The notes under the pieces: generated by a model
What the model was told of the DNA's origin: nothing
Database searches by the model: none
The model's input: the letters and a program-made list of their open reading frames with translations, nothing else
Assembly: GCA_951406725.2 (NCBI GenBank)
Contig: OX597831.1
Location: forward strand, 25,234,001-25,298,000
Length of the DNA: 64,000 bases
Source: Octopus vulgaris
Taxonomy: Eukaryota
Reading direction: 5' to 3'
Made by a program: the position numbers and the translations under genes
Shown here: positions 52,347-64,000 of the stretch, one piece after another
Numbering within the stretch: position 1 is the first letter of the stretch
How the letters are laid out: every line of letters starts with the position of its first letter

Positions 52347-52687
52347 CTGAGGCTCCCTTCAGTCATAACTGACCATGGGATTGCACCTAGAAAGTTACCC
52401 TTCCAGGCACAAGTCTGGGCAAGGTTGTTTATGGAAGACCAGCAGTCGCCCATGCATACCGGCCTCCCCTCTTCACACCACCGATGTTATCCAAGGGAAA
52501 GACAAAGGGGGCCAATAGAGCTTGGCACCAGTGACGTCACAACTCATTTCTATAGCTGAGTGAACTGGAGCAACATGAAATAAAGTGTCTTGCTCAAGAA
52601 CACAACATGCAGACCAGTCCGGGATTCAAACTCACAACCTCACAATAATAAGCTTGGCACTCTAACCATTGAGCTATGCACCTTCAC
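52347..52687 (-). mobile_element. Family D tRNA-derived SINE
   Basis: Homologous to 63405-63737 over ~330 bp. Confidence 0.85.
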
Positions 52688-52751
<64 letters not shown>

Positions 52752-52752
52752 A

Positions 52753-52835
<83 letters not shown>

Positions 52836-53107
52836 CATACATAGATACATACATAGATAAATTGATACATACATACATACATACATAATACATACATACA
52901 TAGATGGATGGATATCAACAGATAGATAGATAGATAGAAAGTTAGAGAGAGAGAGAGAGGTGTTAAATTTTGTACATACCTGTGTTTTACTCTAAAGTGC
53001 AAATATATTCAGATCAAACAACTGGATACTGCTATTGTTGTGACTGAGGAAGATCATGTATATGTAAGCAATGCATATGTATACACTCATACACACACAC
53101 ACATATG

Positions 53108-53146
<39 letters not shown>

Positions 53147-53881
53147 GTATGTATACATACATTTGTTTTGTGTGTATTGGAATGTGTTTTGAAATATTTT
53201 CATGTAGAATTACAGATCATGGCTACCACATATACCATTATAAACAAATGGTGCATCTCTTAAATTAGTTGACTCCCAGAAGACTATCGCAGTTATTTCT
53301 TTAATATAATATAAAGTCGAGAGATATATGAAAATCTATAATGCAGTAAGAGATAGGGAGACAGTCATTGTAAATAAAACTAAAACACGATGATTGCCGG
53401 CTTCTAAAATCATAAAACACTTCTATAGCTTAAATGGGTTCCTCAGTGGGACAAGGTCATTATTAGGAACTTCCAATATATTTGTATGGCTACCAAGAAT
53501 TAGATTTGAATACATCAGTGGTGCAAAATAAAAGTGAACTCTAGATTACCTGACTGTTATAGAAAAATAAAAAAAATTGACTGCAAAGTACTTTTATGAC
53601 TTATACGTACGTTCGTATACTTATATATAAATATATATATATATTCATATATATCCATATATACATATCTCTTTCTATTTCTCTCTTTCTCTGTATATAT
53701 ATATATATATATCTATTTCTCTCTTTCTCTGTATATATATATATATATATGCATGTGTGTGTGTGCAAAGAAAACTGCAAGGTTTATACCCAAAATGAAT
53801 TTATATATAACACTTTAACCAGTTTCAGCTCAGAGGTTACAGCCATGCATATTATATATATATATATATATATATGTATGT

Positions 53882-53926
<45 letters not shown>

Positions 53927-53951
53927 TAGATAGATAGATATATATATAGAT

Positions 53952-54003
<52 letters not shown>

Positions 54004-54108
54004 TAGATATATAAAAATAAAAGGACAAGCTCACTAATTTAAATTAAATGCCGATCTTATCAAGTGGCCAGCACAGAAATAAAAACCTTCAAAGGTAATA
54101 ATTATTAT

Positions 54109-54290
54109 TAAAATTATAATTTAGGGTATTTAAGAGATACCGCCATGCTGAAAATAGCAGCCAAAATCTGACTCTAAAACCACATTAAATGCCTTGTTCT
54201 GTATGGGCATTTAAAGTGGTTTTAGAGTCAGATCTTGGCTGCTATTTTCAGCATGGCAGTATCTCTTAGATACCCTAAATTATCATTTTA
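54109..54290. repeat. ~180-bp imperfect palindrome between (TAGA)n arrays
   Basis: Arms 54109-54193 / 54206-54290, 12-nt loop TTGTTCTGTATG. Confidence 0.85.
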
Positions 54291-54306
54291 CATATATAGA
54301 TAGATG

Positions 54307-54349
<43 letters not shown>

Positions 54350-54366
54350 GGATTGATGGATGGATG

Positions 54367-54417
<51 letters not shown>

Positions 54418-55544
54418 GCATCTATCTATCAATTTATCTCTCTATAATATGTGTGTATGTATGTACGTATGGTATATGTGTTTGTTGCAGTCTTGCAGTC
54501 TTTGGGGTAGACTGTATTAGCCAATTTCAGTTCTCTATAACTAAACACGTATTGGTTATTGTTAATAATGTCTCGGTCCCAGTGTGGAGCCTACTTAAAC
54601 TACTAAAGTGGTTCTGCTACCATTTTAAAAGTAGATAACGACCTTGTTTCAGTTATATTTACAGTGCCTTCGTCTCACTATCTTTTGTTATGTTATAAAT
54701 TTTTTTCTATTTCAGTTGGCATTATATTATATTATAGAAATAAGTACATAATAGCCTTGTAGGAGTCAACTAATTTACGAGATGTTGTATTTGTTTATGA
54801 TGGTATGTGTGATAGCACGATCTTTCATACTATATGAAGAAATTTCAGCCACCAGCCTCGTATGACCTCTCTTACATTGTGTGAAATACTTGCTATATTA
54901 TCAATAAATAATTTTGAATGTTTATGTATATATGTATTTATATTTCTGTGTATGTATGCATGTGTGAATATGTGAATGATTGTAAACAATGTATACATAT
55001 GTTTGCTTATATTTCTCTATATGTATATCATGTGTGTGTGTGTGTGTATATATATATATGTGTGTGTGTGTGGAGGCGCAATGGCCCAGTGGTTAGGGCA
55101 GCGGACTCGCAGTCGGAATATATATATATAATCCCCAAAATGGAAGAAAAAACACAAGCAAAAACCAACGTGAGGATGTGGCACATGCAAAGTATAAAAG
55201 ATGTGCAGGGAAGGAAAGAAAGAGCGTTTTAAGTTTTGAGCAAAGCTCTTCTTCAGAAACAGGAAACAGAGGGAAAAAATCACCAACAATCACCATACAC
55301 ACACACACATATGTATATATGGTCCTGGTAGGGTATAAGATAAGGTATTTCTAGAGAAGCACTCAACCTAAGTTCCAGCCTATCAAGACTGTCAGATTGG
55401 AGACTAATACCAAAATTCTTCAGGTGTAGAAAATCCTGGTTTTGTGATGGTAAAACAATTGTATGAGTGTAACAAAGAGTGAAATATGTGTGTATATGTA
55501 CATATAAGAGACCAAAGTGTACGTACACCGCTACATATTTATAT

Positions 55545-57170
55545 ATATAAAATACAAAATGGGATAAGAACGCAAAACATCCAGACAGCTAGGTGATACA
55601 AAAAGGGACAACAAAACATCCAGATAGACGATACAAAGAAAACAAGGACAGGTTATTCGAAGTTATCTTTCCTCAATCAAGCCCCAGATTATCCTTGCAA
55701 TTTTGGCTGATTATTCTTGAGATTGCTCCAATCTGGCCAGCCCCAAGGAAAAACTAAGATAAGAGCATTAGATTCCTTGGAAGAAAGCAGTGAAGGTATA
55801 CAAAAACAAGGACGGAAAAAACGGACAAGGTTACACAAATATAAATACAATAAAAAAAATACAATAAAAATAATAACAGGACATAACAACAGGTGTCTTT
55901 CGACTAAGGATGAATTGAATTAAGCTAGCGTGTGTGGAAATGAAGCCTTATGGCAGAGATAGAAAAATTTCACAAACACAGGGAAGAATATTGATGTTGC
56001 ACGGACAACAGTTAAGCCAAGAAAGAAAGAACAGGCTTGGCCGAGGTGGTCACGTGGGAGGAGATGAGAGAGAAGTAGAAGCAGAGTGACAGAAGAATTA
56101 AGGAGGGTGAGAAAAAAGACAGGGACACAGTGAAGTGAAAAGTAGAGGGAAAGTGAGTAAGAAGAGAAATATATATAGACATATATGAATTGCAAAGCCT
56201 ATCTTCTATTCTAGCCTTATCTTGTACATCTTTTTGTACATATTTCTATGTATTTGTTGTATTCCAGTGGATTCAGGAGTAAAACTTAAAGACTTTTGAT
56301 CCAGTTCCATTTAACTAAAAGTTTTACTTATCCATTCACCACATTCAATGCTTTGCACCACTTTTCTTATATTTGCCATCTCTAGCTTAAGTGTATACCC
56401 TTACATGACTGTCTTCATGACTATTTTCACTCTTTTCTAACTGGAGTAAACAATATAATTCCTCTACACCAAGACATTTGTTTCCTTCCTTTTGTCATAC
56501 TTTATAGCAGGGATTCCAAAACGTTTTCAGGCTGCCACTCCATTGCCCCCACCCAGGCCACATTCCTAGCGTCCCTTCACCACCACCATCACTCACTACC
56601 ACAAACCTAGAGGTACTACTGTACATATATATATATATATTATATGTAGAAAAATACAAACTGGGACAAGAACGTAAAACATTTAGAAGACGATACAAAA
56701 AAACGTAAAACATTTAGAAGATGATACAAAAAACACGGACGGGACATTTGAAGCCTTCAATCTTCAGTCAAGAATTGGATCATCCTCGCAATTTCGGCTG
56801 ATTAATCTTGAGATCGCTCCGATCCGGCCAGCCCCAAGGAAAAACTAAGCTACGAGCATTAGATTTCTTGGAAAAAGGATCGAATGTATACAAAACAGGG
56901 ACAGAAAAACGGACGATGCCACACGAATATAAATACAAAAAACAATAATAGTAATAACAGGACAAAAACAGCAAGTGTCTTACGACTAAGACAGTACAAC
57001 TTAGTTTAGCTGGCGTATTTGGAAAAAAATGCCTTTTTCGGCAGACGAAGACAACGATGTTCTCGTGGTGCTGGTTAGAAGCCAAAAGGCTGGTTGACCA
57101 GCAGTCACGTGAAAGGAGAAGAGAGAGAAAAAAAGGGGGCAAAGGAATCAAAGAGAGACACACACACACC
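55545..57170. mobile_element. Two diverged copies of an unclassified (possibly PLE-related) repeat: about 55545-56180 and 56645-57170
   Basis: Shared AAAATACAAA.TGGGA.AAGAACG.AAAACAT and GGCCAGCCCCAAGGAAAAACTAAG blocks, each starting in a TA tract. Confidence 0.65.
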
Positions 57171-57255
57171 CCATCACTTAATTAGTGTGTCTGCAATTTA
57201 TGCATGTGAGAAAATTCGAATATCACATGGCATTGCATTTCCTTCAGTGTATGCA

Positions 57256-57296
<41 letters not shown>

Positions 57297-57435
57297 TCAC
57301 ACATGCATACATGCATATATATGTCTGTATGTGTGTGTATATATATATATACTAATACATACTAATACATACTAATACATACACCAACCCCATACATACG
57401 CACGTCCAGACCAATCTTACGCACTAATACTCTCT

Positions 57436-57475
<40 letters not shown>

Positions 57476-58324
57476 ATGCATACATGCATATGTATAAATG
57501 TCTGTATGTGTATATATATGTGTGTGTGTGTGTGTGGTTTTGTGTATTTGAGTATGTACGCGTATGTAAGTGTGTGGTGACATTTGAAAGATATCATAGA
57601 TATTTTATTTCTTTCTTCACTCTCATCAGTGCCATAGATACTTAATGGATATTCAGTTATCTTATCAATTCAGCGTTTATTCTTTGTGTTTGTTCTCTAT
57701 ATACTTAAAATAAAAGTGAATGTAGAGGCAAGAGAGAGAGAGAGAGAGAGGGAGAGGGGGAATATTATAAAATGTCTTTGTTTCTTATAAATATTCACAA
57801 ACATCCAAATCTAATGAGAACATTTCCATTCAGCATCATATCAATGAAACGATCTTCATCATCACACACACGTTTAACAGATAATTAATGTTACTCATTT
57901 ATTCCGCAGTAATACCCTTTCATATAACTGCTTTTAGTAAGATCTCTGATCCGATCTGATTTGATTAGATTTGATCTAACAATCTGGCTTTAAAAAAAAA
58001 ATTAAGACTCAGATATCTCAATTTTGTCAAAGTTAGGTAGATATTTACCATTTATAAAACATTTAATGATATGATGAAACCAAGCAAAAACCATTGAAAT
58101 GTTGTGCAATATTTAAACCTATCAACCCTTTGAAATGAAATTATTGAAGAGAAAATTTGGAGATTATACTGATGGAATTTTGTCAATAAATGCATCGCAA
58201 TTACAGGTCATTAACAGAGAAATTAATGAAATCAACTATCAATACAGTTCATGTACAAAATTGAGTACAAACGCACCAGTTTTCTGTTGCTATTAGAACA
58301 GGCACTTTTCTTTAGAGTGAGTTC

Positions 58325-58769
58325 ATGGCTCACAGGATGGCCTGCTGTGCTTACCTTGGATCATAGGGTGACCTGCTGTGCTTGAGGGGGACTATTGAGT
58401 CAAGTATATCAACATCAAAATAAAAATCAAATGGAAATTGTAGTTGTGATACCCGTGCCACTGGCATGTAAAGAACACCATCTGAATGTGGCCGATGCCA
58501 GCGACACTTGAGTGGCGTCTATGCTAGTAACATGTAAAAAGTACCAACTGATCGTAGTCGTTGCCAGCCTCTTCTGGCCCCTATGCCTGTGGCATGTAAA
58601 AAGCACACAACTACACTCACGGAGTGGTTGGCTTTAGGAAGGGCATCCAGCTGTAGAAACACTGCCAGATCAGATAGAGCCTGGTGCAGCCTCCTGGCTT
58701 CCTAAACCTCGGTTGAATGGTCCAACCCATGCTAGCATGGAAAACGGACGTTAAACGATGATGATGATG
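58325..58769 (+). mobile_element. Family E LINE 3'-tail repeat
   Basis: GGAAGGGCATCCAGCTGTAGAAAC...CGGACGTTAAAC(GAT)n. Confidence 0.85.
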
Positions 58770-59622
58770 GACTGGTCTCATATCATCTTCACTAAAATAC
58801 TTCTAAACTTACTTGTATTTCTTCCTCTCAATCTCCAATCTGTCCAGTCACACTCATTCCAGCACCACTGCTGTGACTATTTTGCTCAATTCTTCCATCG
58901 GTAGAATGTCATTCCTCTAGTATTGGCACTCTGTCCTTGTTTTGCATACAGCCATCAACTAGTAACAATTAAAGAGAAACATTAAGTTGATGATATAAGT
59001 CACGGAGGATCTGTGATGACCAGGATCAGTGCCTTCTTTCTTCAGACCAAATCATTAGAGAAATTATCATCATCATCATCACCACCAACATCAATAGCAT
59101 CATCATCCTTACCAACATCAGTAACATCATTATTGTCATCATCACATGTCAACATTATTGTGAACATCTTATTTCCACAACTGTTTTTTTCTTTTTTTGC
59201 TTTCCATGGAGTTGCAGAGTCCTGGGTTAAAGAAAGGACTAAGATGAGGGCCCCTAGCATATATTTAAACATATATCATATCTTCAGGCATTCGATGCCC
59301 TCTACTACTTGGTCAATGTTATCAGTGGAAGTTCTATGTTAGCAATATTAAGAAAACCAATGCTAACTAAGAGTCATAATAACATCCAGGAAACACTAAA
59401 TGTCAATGAGGTAAAAAAAAAAACTGGCTGATTTATTCAGAACTACATTGCATTGGTGTGTTTGGTGGGAAGGTACTAAAATGGAAAACAACCATAAAGC
59501 CTGACAATGTTACCAAACAGTACTTTCATTCTGGTGCATATTCTACTGGTACAGAAATACCGTTAAGTGAGACTGGATTGCAGTAAACTGATGAAATTGT
59601 ACTGCACATGCTTGTACAGTGT

Positions 59623-59847
59623 TTAACCCTTTCGTTACTGTATTTTGAGATGCTTTGTGTTTCTTTCAATTACTTTAAATATACCAAAGAATTTAGTAAA
59701 ATAACTTTGTTATCATTAAGCTAGTGTTAGGAACTTAAATTGTGACTAAGGTTTGGTGGAAGATTTTAATTCAGAGCTTTAGAAAACAAGACATTTGTAC
59801 TACAGAGCCAGAGCCGGTTTCAGCCGGGTTGGTCACGAAAGGGTTAA
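59623..59847. mobile_element. piggyBac-type MITE
   Basis: TTAA-CCCTTTCGTTAC ... GTCACGAAAGGG-TTAA. Confidence 0.85.
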
Positions 59848-60309
59848 GTGTTGGTAAGTTGTAGCTTTATGTCAAACAGCCCTTGTTTATATGTTGGATG
59901 GATCCTCTAATCAGTCAAATCCATCATGAAGATTGCCCCACCATCCTTCTTTAATATGGCTTAGCAGGCAGTTTGGTAGCTGTTACCAGGTTGTGGGTTC
60001 AGTACCTGGACAGATCAGTGCATTGTGTTCTTGAACAAGACACTTCATTTCACATTGCTCTAGTCCACTCAACTGACAAAAAATAAGTAATCTGCCATGG
60101 ACAAATGTCCCATCTAGAGAAGTCGGGAAATATATGTGCCATGGAAACCAGGAAACTGTGAATTTATATGACTCAGGAAGGGCCTGTGTTCTTAGATCTG
60201 TGAGGTTCCTTGACTGGGTTTAGTTGGAGACTCACCTGTATCAGGAGCGCTGCATCATAATGTATTCATAAATATTATTTAGTCTGTCGATGTTTCATTT
60301 ACCCATCTT

Positions 60310-60705
60310 ACATGTACTTGTGACGGCGTTCACCCAGGGCTGGTTGGGCCAGCTTCTTCTCTGGTCCTGATGGCATCACGAACTATGGCGGCCCATGCTC
60401 AATGGTCCTGTGTGAGGTCACTGGAGATAGCAAGCCATTCACGGTTCCATCTGCGCAGACCGACCACCTGCAGACCTGAGAGTTCAGAGAGGTCCTCCTT
60501 TATCGTTGTTGCCCAGGTCTTCAGTTGCCCACACTCGCGTTTGCGCCAGCTGGGAAATGGAGGCGGGAGGAGGATATCGCGAATCAGCTCATCCTCTGGA
60601 CGCTGGGCCACATGACCGAACCACCTTAAACGCTGTTGTAGAAGCACCGAAGGGAGGGGCCGGAGATTCAGGCGATAACAGAGACCGGCTGTAGGAACCC
60701 GATCA
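60310..60705 (-). pseudogene. RTE-clade LINE RT C-terminal remnant
   Basis: ORF 60399..60716 contains QRLRWFGHVAQRPEDELIRDILL...RKRECGQLKTWATTIKEDL; homology continues past the stop; GC-rich against background. Confidence 0.85.
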
Positions 60706-60956
60706 TTCTTCTTCATTTACCCATCGGTCATCTTTTGGCTTTTGTTTCTTTCATCAATTGATTTTATGTGACCCCTGACACATATTACAGCTTGTCTTTG
60801 TAACTTCCCTACTTCATCCGATACCTTAGTGTCAAAAGAAGAAATCACCATCATTGCCACAACCACTTCCATCATCATCATCATAACTAACACCACTACC
60901 ATCACCACCACCTCCTCCACCATCAACACCACCAGCATCATCATCTTCACCACCAC

Positions 60957-61080
60957 AAATACCAAATCCACTCACAAGACTTTAGTCGGCCCGAGGCTAT
61001 AGTAGAAGACACTTGCCCAAGGTGCCACGCAGTGGGACTGAACCCGGAACCATGTGTTTTGTAAGCAAGCTACTTGCCAC
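60957..61080 (-). mobile_element. Family A SINE 5' fragment
   Basis: CCAAATCCACTCACAAG...GAACCCGGAACCATGTG. Confidence 0.8.
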
Positions 61081-61083
61081 ATA

Positions 61084-61115
<32 letters not shown>

Positions 61116-61672
61116 TGTAGGTATTTATATATAAATGTATGTATATATATATGTATATATGTATGTATCTCTCTATTGTCGTCATCATCATCATCATCAT
61201 CATTTCATGAACATCGTCATTATCCTCATCATTTTGAATATATTTTTTCCCTACTTTTCCTTCTTTGCCTTTTCTGTGGAATTGTCTGCTAAAATCGATT
61301 GAGAGAACTGTGGAGAAGCAAAATGTTGAAATACTGAAAATGTCAAGGATGCGAGCCATGACAGAATTTGGTATTTCCAACCTAAATGTATATCTTGTGT
61401 TCTTTGTCTTCGTAGTTTATCTCTGTTTTATTTATTATATTTATTAACAGTCATTACATAATTATTGGTTCTTTCTCCCATTAAATATGATTTTAATATT
61501 TATAACAAGTAAAATATGTATATACATATGTGCGTGTGTTTACATATGTAATATGTGTGCATGTGTGTTGTGTAAATGAGAGAGACTATCTATCTATCTA
61601 TCTGTCTATCTATCTATCTGTCTGTCTATCCATCCATCCATCCATCCATCTATCTATCTATCTATCTATCTA

Positions 61673-61708
<36 letters not shown>

Positions 61709-61711
<3 letters not shown>

Positions 61712-62105
61712 TTATATATAAAAGTGAGGTTGTGTGCTGTCTGTCTCCTACGATTTAGATTCCTAACTACTCCCACATTTTGCGGTGCAGTTTAACCAAA
61801 ACTGGGTATCTTATAGTCGTGATTCATATCGAGCCTTTCTGGGGTATTAGGGCGTGTCTACGATGAGTCTACGATTTTAAAAAAAATTTACCGTCAATTT
61901 TTCCCATTTTTAATGTATTTTTGGCATATATAAGGGAAGTAACTCTCTAAAATTTTATTATTAAATCTCAGAACGTAAAAAGCTACAGTAATCCCCCCCC
62001 TTTGTTGTTAACCATATTGAGATGGCTATTATACTTTACATCTCTAAAAATGCTTATATAGTTATTTCCCTTACAAACCTGAGCAACGCCGGGCGATACT
62101 GCTAG
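61709..62105 (+). mobile_element. Non-autonomous Helitron
   Basis: 5' TC, hairpin CCTGAGCAACGCCGGG, 3' CTAG, A|T insertion site. Confidence 0.8.
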
Positions 62106-62169
62106 TATATATATATTTATGTCTGTCTATCTGTCTGTTTGTATGTATGTATGTATGTATGTATGTAGG

Positions 62170-62424
62170 TATTAGGTTGGTGCATAATTATTGCGTTTTT
62201 TTTTCAACAAATTTTATTCAATAAAAGCAATAACAACATGTAACAAAAACATCTTCAAATGATTATTCCGGAGCATATTCACCATCTACTTCAATTACTG
62301 CTTTCCATTTGCTTGGAAGACAGTCAGACCATCATTTAAAGATGTTTTTGTTAAATATTGTTATTGTTTACATTAAATAAAATGTGTTGAAAAAAGGCTG
62401 CAATAATTATGCATCAGCCCAATA
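62170..62424. mobile_element. Mariner MITE (fold-back, two right ends)
   Basis: TA-TTAGGTTGGTGCATAATTATTGC ... GCAATAATTATGCATCAGCCCAA-TA; centre (minus) reads LPSKWKAVIEVDGEYAPE*. Confidence 0.85.
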
Positions 62425-62663
62425 TATATGTATGTATGTGTATATATAGGTGTATGTTCATATGTATGTCGACACATACATGAACTCACATATTGATGTG
62501 TGCAATGTATGTATGTATGTATGTATCTATGTATGCCTGTTTGTGTGTGTGTGTACAAGAGAGAGGTGTGACATTACTGGGGAGAAGTGTATTGGAATAT
62601 AACAGTGCACATGCTTTTATAAACACCAAGGGCTCGGAGTCACTATAAGATACTCTTAACTCC

Positions 62664-62823
62664 TAGGCATAGGAGTGGCTGTGTGGTAAGTAGCTTGCTT
62701 ACCAACCACATGGTTCCAGATTCAGTCCCACTGCATGGCACCTTGGGCAAGTGTCTTCTACTATACCCTCGGGCTGACCAAAGCCTTGTGAGTGGATTTG
62801 GTAGATGGAAACTAAAAGAAGCC

Positions 62824-62875
<52 letters not shown>

Positions 62876-63093
62876 ATATATTTATGTTTCTGTGTTTGTC
62901 CCCCCAACATCGCTTGACAACTGATGCTGGTATGTTTATGTTCAAATAACTTAGTGGTTCGGCAAAAAAGAGACCGATAGAATAAGTACTAGGCTTACAA
63001 AGAATAAGTCCTGGGGTCGATTTCCTCGACTAAAGGCAGTGCTCCGGCATGGCCACAGTCAAATGACTGAAACAAGTAAAGGAGTAAAAGAGA
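62664..63093 (+). mobile_element. Family A SINE, full length
   Basis: Matches 9665-10090. Confidence 0.9.
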
Positions 63094-63404
63094 ATGGGGC
63101 TTGGTCTACTCCCAAATAACCCCAACAAAGAGCCCGATCATGGAAGTTGACAGCAGTATAGCCTCATGGGCAGTTAAGAATAAATATATATAGTCTACTG
63201 TTCCATTAAGGTAAAGTTGATAGAAGAAATGAACTCTGTCCAGTGGAATATATCATTTAATGTAGGTTGCATTAAAATAAGAGTTGCTAATAATTTCATG
63301 CTGTAGAGAAAGTTAGGCAAGTTTTTATAATGTGCCTAATCGTGTGTCTTAATGGCAAGACATTATTAGTAGCTCTTATTTTAATACAGTATAAAAGGGT
63401 AGGG

Positions 63405-63737
63405 ACTGCTTTCAGTCATGAATGACCATGGGATGCCCCTAGAAAGTTCCCCTCTGAGGCACAAGTCTGGGCAAGGTTGTTAATAGAAGACCAGCAGTTG
63501 CCCATGCATACCAGCCTCCTCATCTCCATGCCACTGATGTTGTCCAAGGGAAAAGCAAAGGCTGACACAGCTTTGACACCTGTGACGTCACAACGCATTT
63601 CTACAGCTGAGTGAACTGCAACAATGGGACGTAAAGTGTTTTGCTCAAGAACACAACACACAGCCCGGTCGGGGAATTGAACTCCTTAACTCATGATTGT
63701 GAGCCTGAAACTCTAGCCACTGTGCAATGTGCCTTCC
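63405..63737 (-). mobile_element. Family D SINE
   Basis: Homologous to 52347-52687. Confidence 0.85.
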
Positions 63738-63769
63738 CTTAATGCAGTGTACATTAAATGTTATATATA

Positions 63770-63950
63770 GGGAGAGTTCACGAAAGAAAAACAAGAGACA
63801 AAGAAAGGTGGTGTAGAAAACAAAAGTATAATGCTCAGGAATTGAAAAAGTCTTTTATGTTTCGAGCCTATGCTCTTCTACAGAAAGGGACACAGAAAAA
63901 AACAAGGATAGAAAAAAATGTGTGTAGTGGCTACCGATCTATCATGGCGA
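63770..63950 (-). mobile_element. PLE-like tail with variant hammerhead-like motif (63852-63887)
   Basis: Minus strand CTTT-CTGTAGA-A-GAGC-ATAG-GCTC-GAAA-CATA-AAAG; same family as the 36261-36475 insert; TA flanks. Confidence 0.6.
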
Positions 63951-64000
63951 TATATATATATATATGTAGTAGAATACTTCGTTTTTGGATTTGGTTTGCA

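Noticed and set aside
56740-56775. Hammerhead-like CTGAAGA on the minus strand (also similar words near 55660, 3850 and 48650)
   Set aside because: Core or stem I too degenerate to support by eye

Overview
AT-rich eukaryotic non-coding DNA made mostly of microsatellites and interspersed repeats. The tRNA-derived SINE repertoire and very high (TA)n/(AAT)n/(CAT)n density resemble an octopus (coleoid cephalopod) genome; this is pattern recognition, not a database result. I find no credible host protein-coding gene: the ORF track consists of microsatellite read-throughs and repeat fragments. Supported features are four SINE families (labelled A-D by me), a LINE 3'-tail family (E), three RTE-type LINE remnants, mariner, pogo-like, hAT and piggyBac-type MITEs, non-autonomous Helitrons and local duplications. 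Four signals stand out. (1) Several unrelated minimal hammerhead-ribozyme motifs of the Penelope-like-element type, one fused to a tRNA/Pol III head as a candidate ribozyme-bearing SINE and one in an ~170-bp palindrome. (2) A candidate recursive splice site (pyrimidine tract-TAG|GTAAGT) with a 61-nt cryptic exon at 9385-9445. (3) SINE concatemers with a recurring junction enclosed by one target-site duplication (TSD). (4) Fold-back mariner elements built from two right ends. Coordinates were counted by hand and may be off by a few bases.
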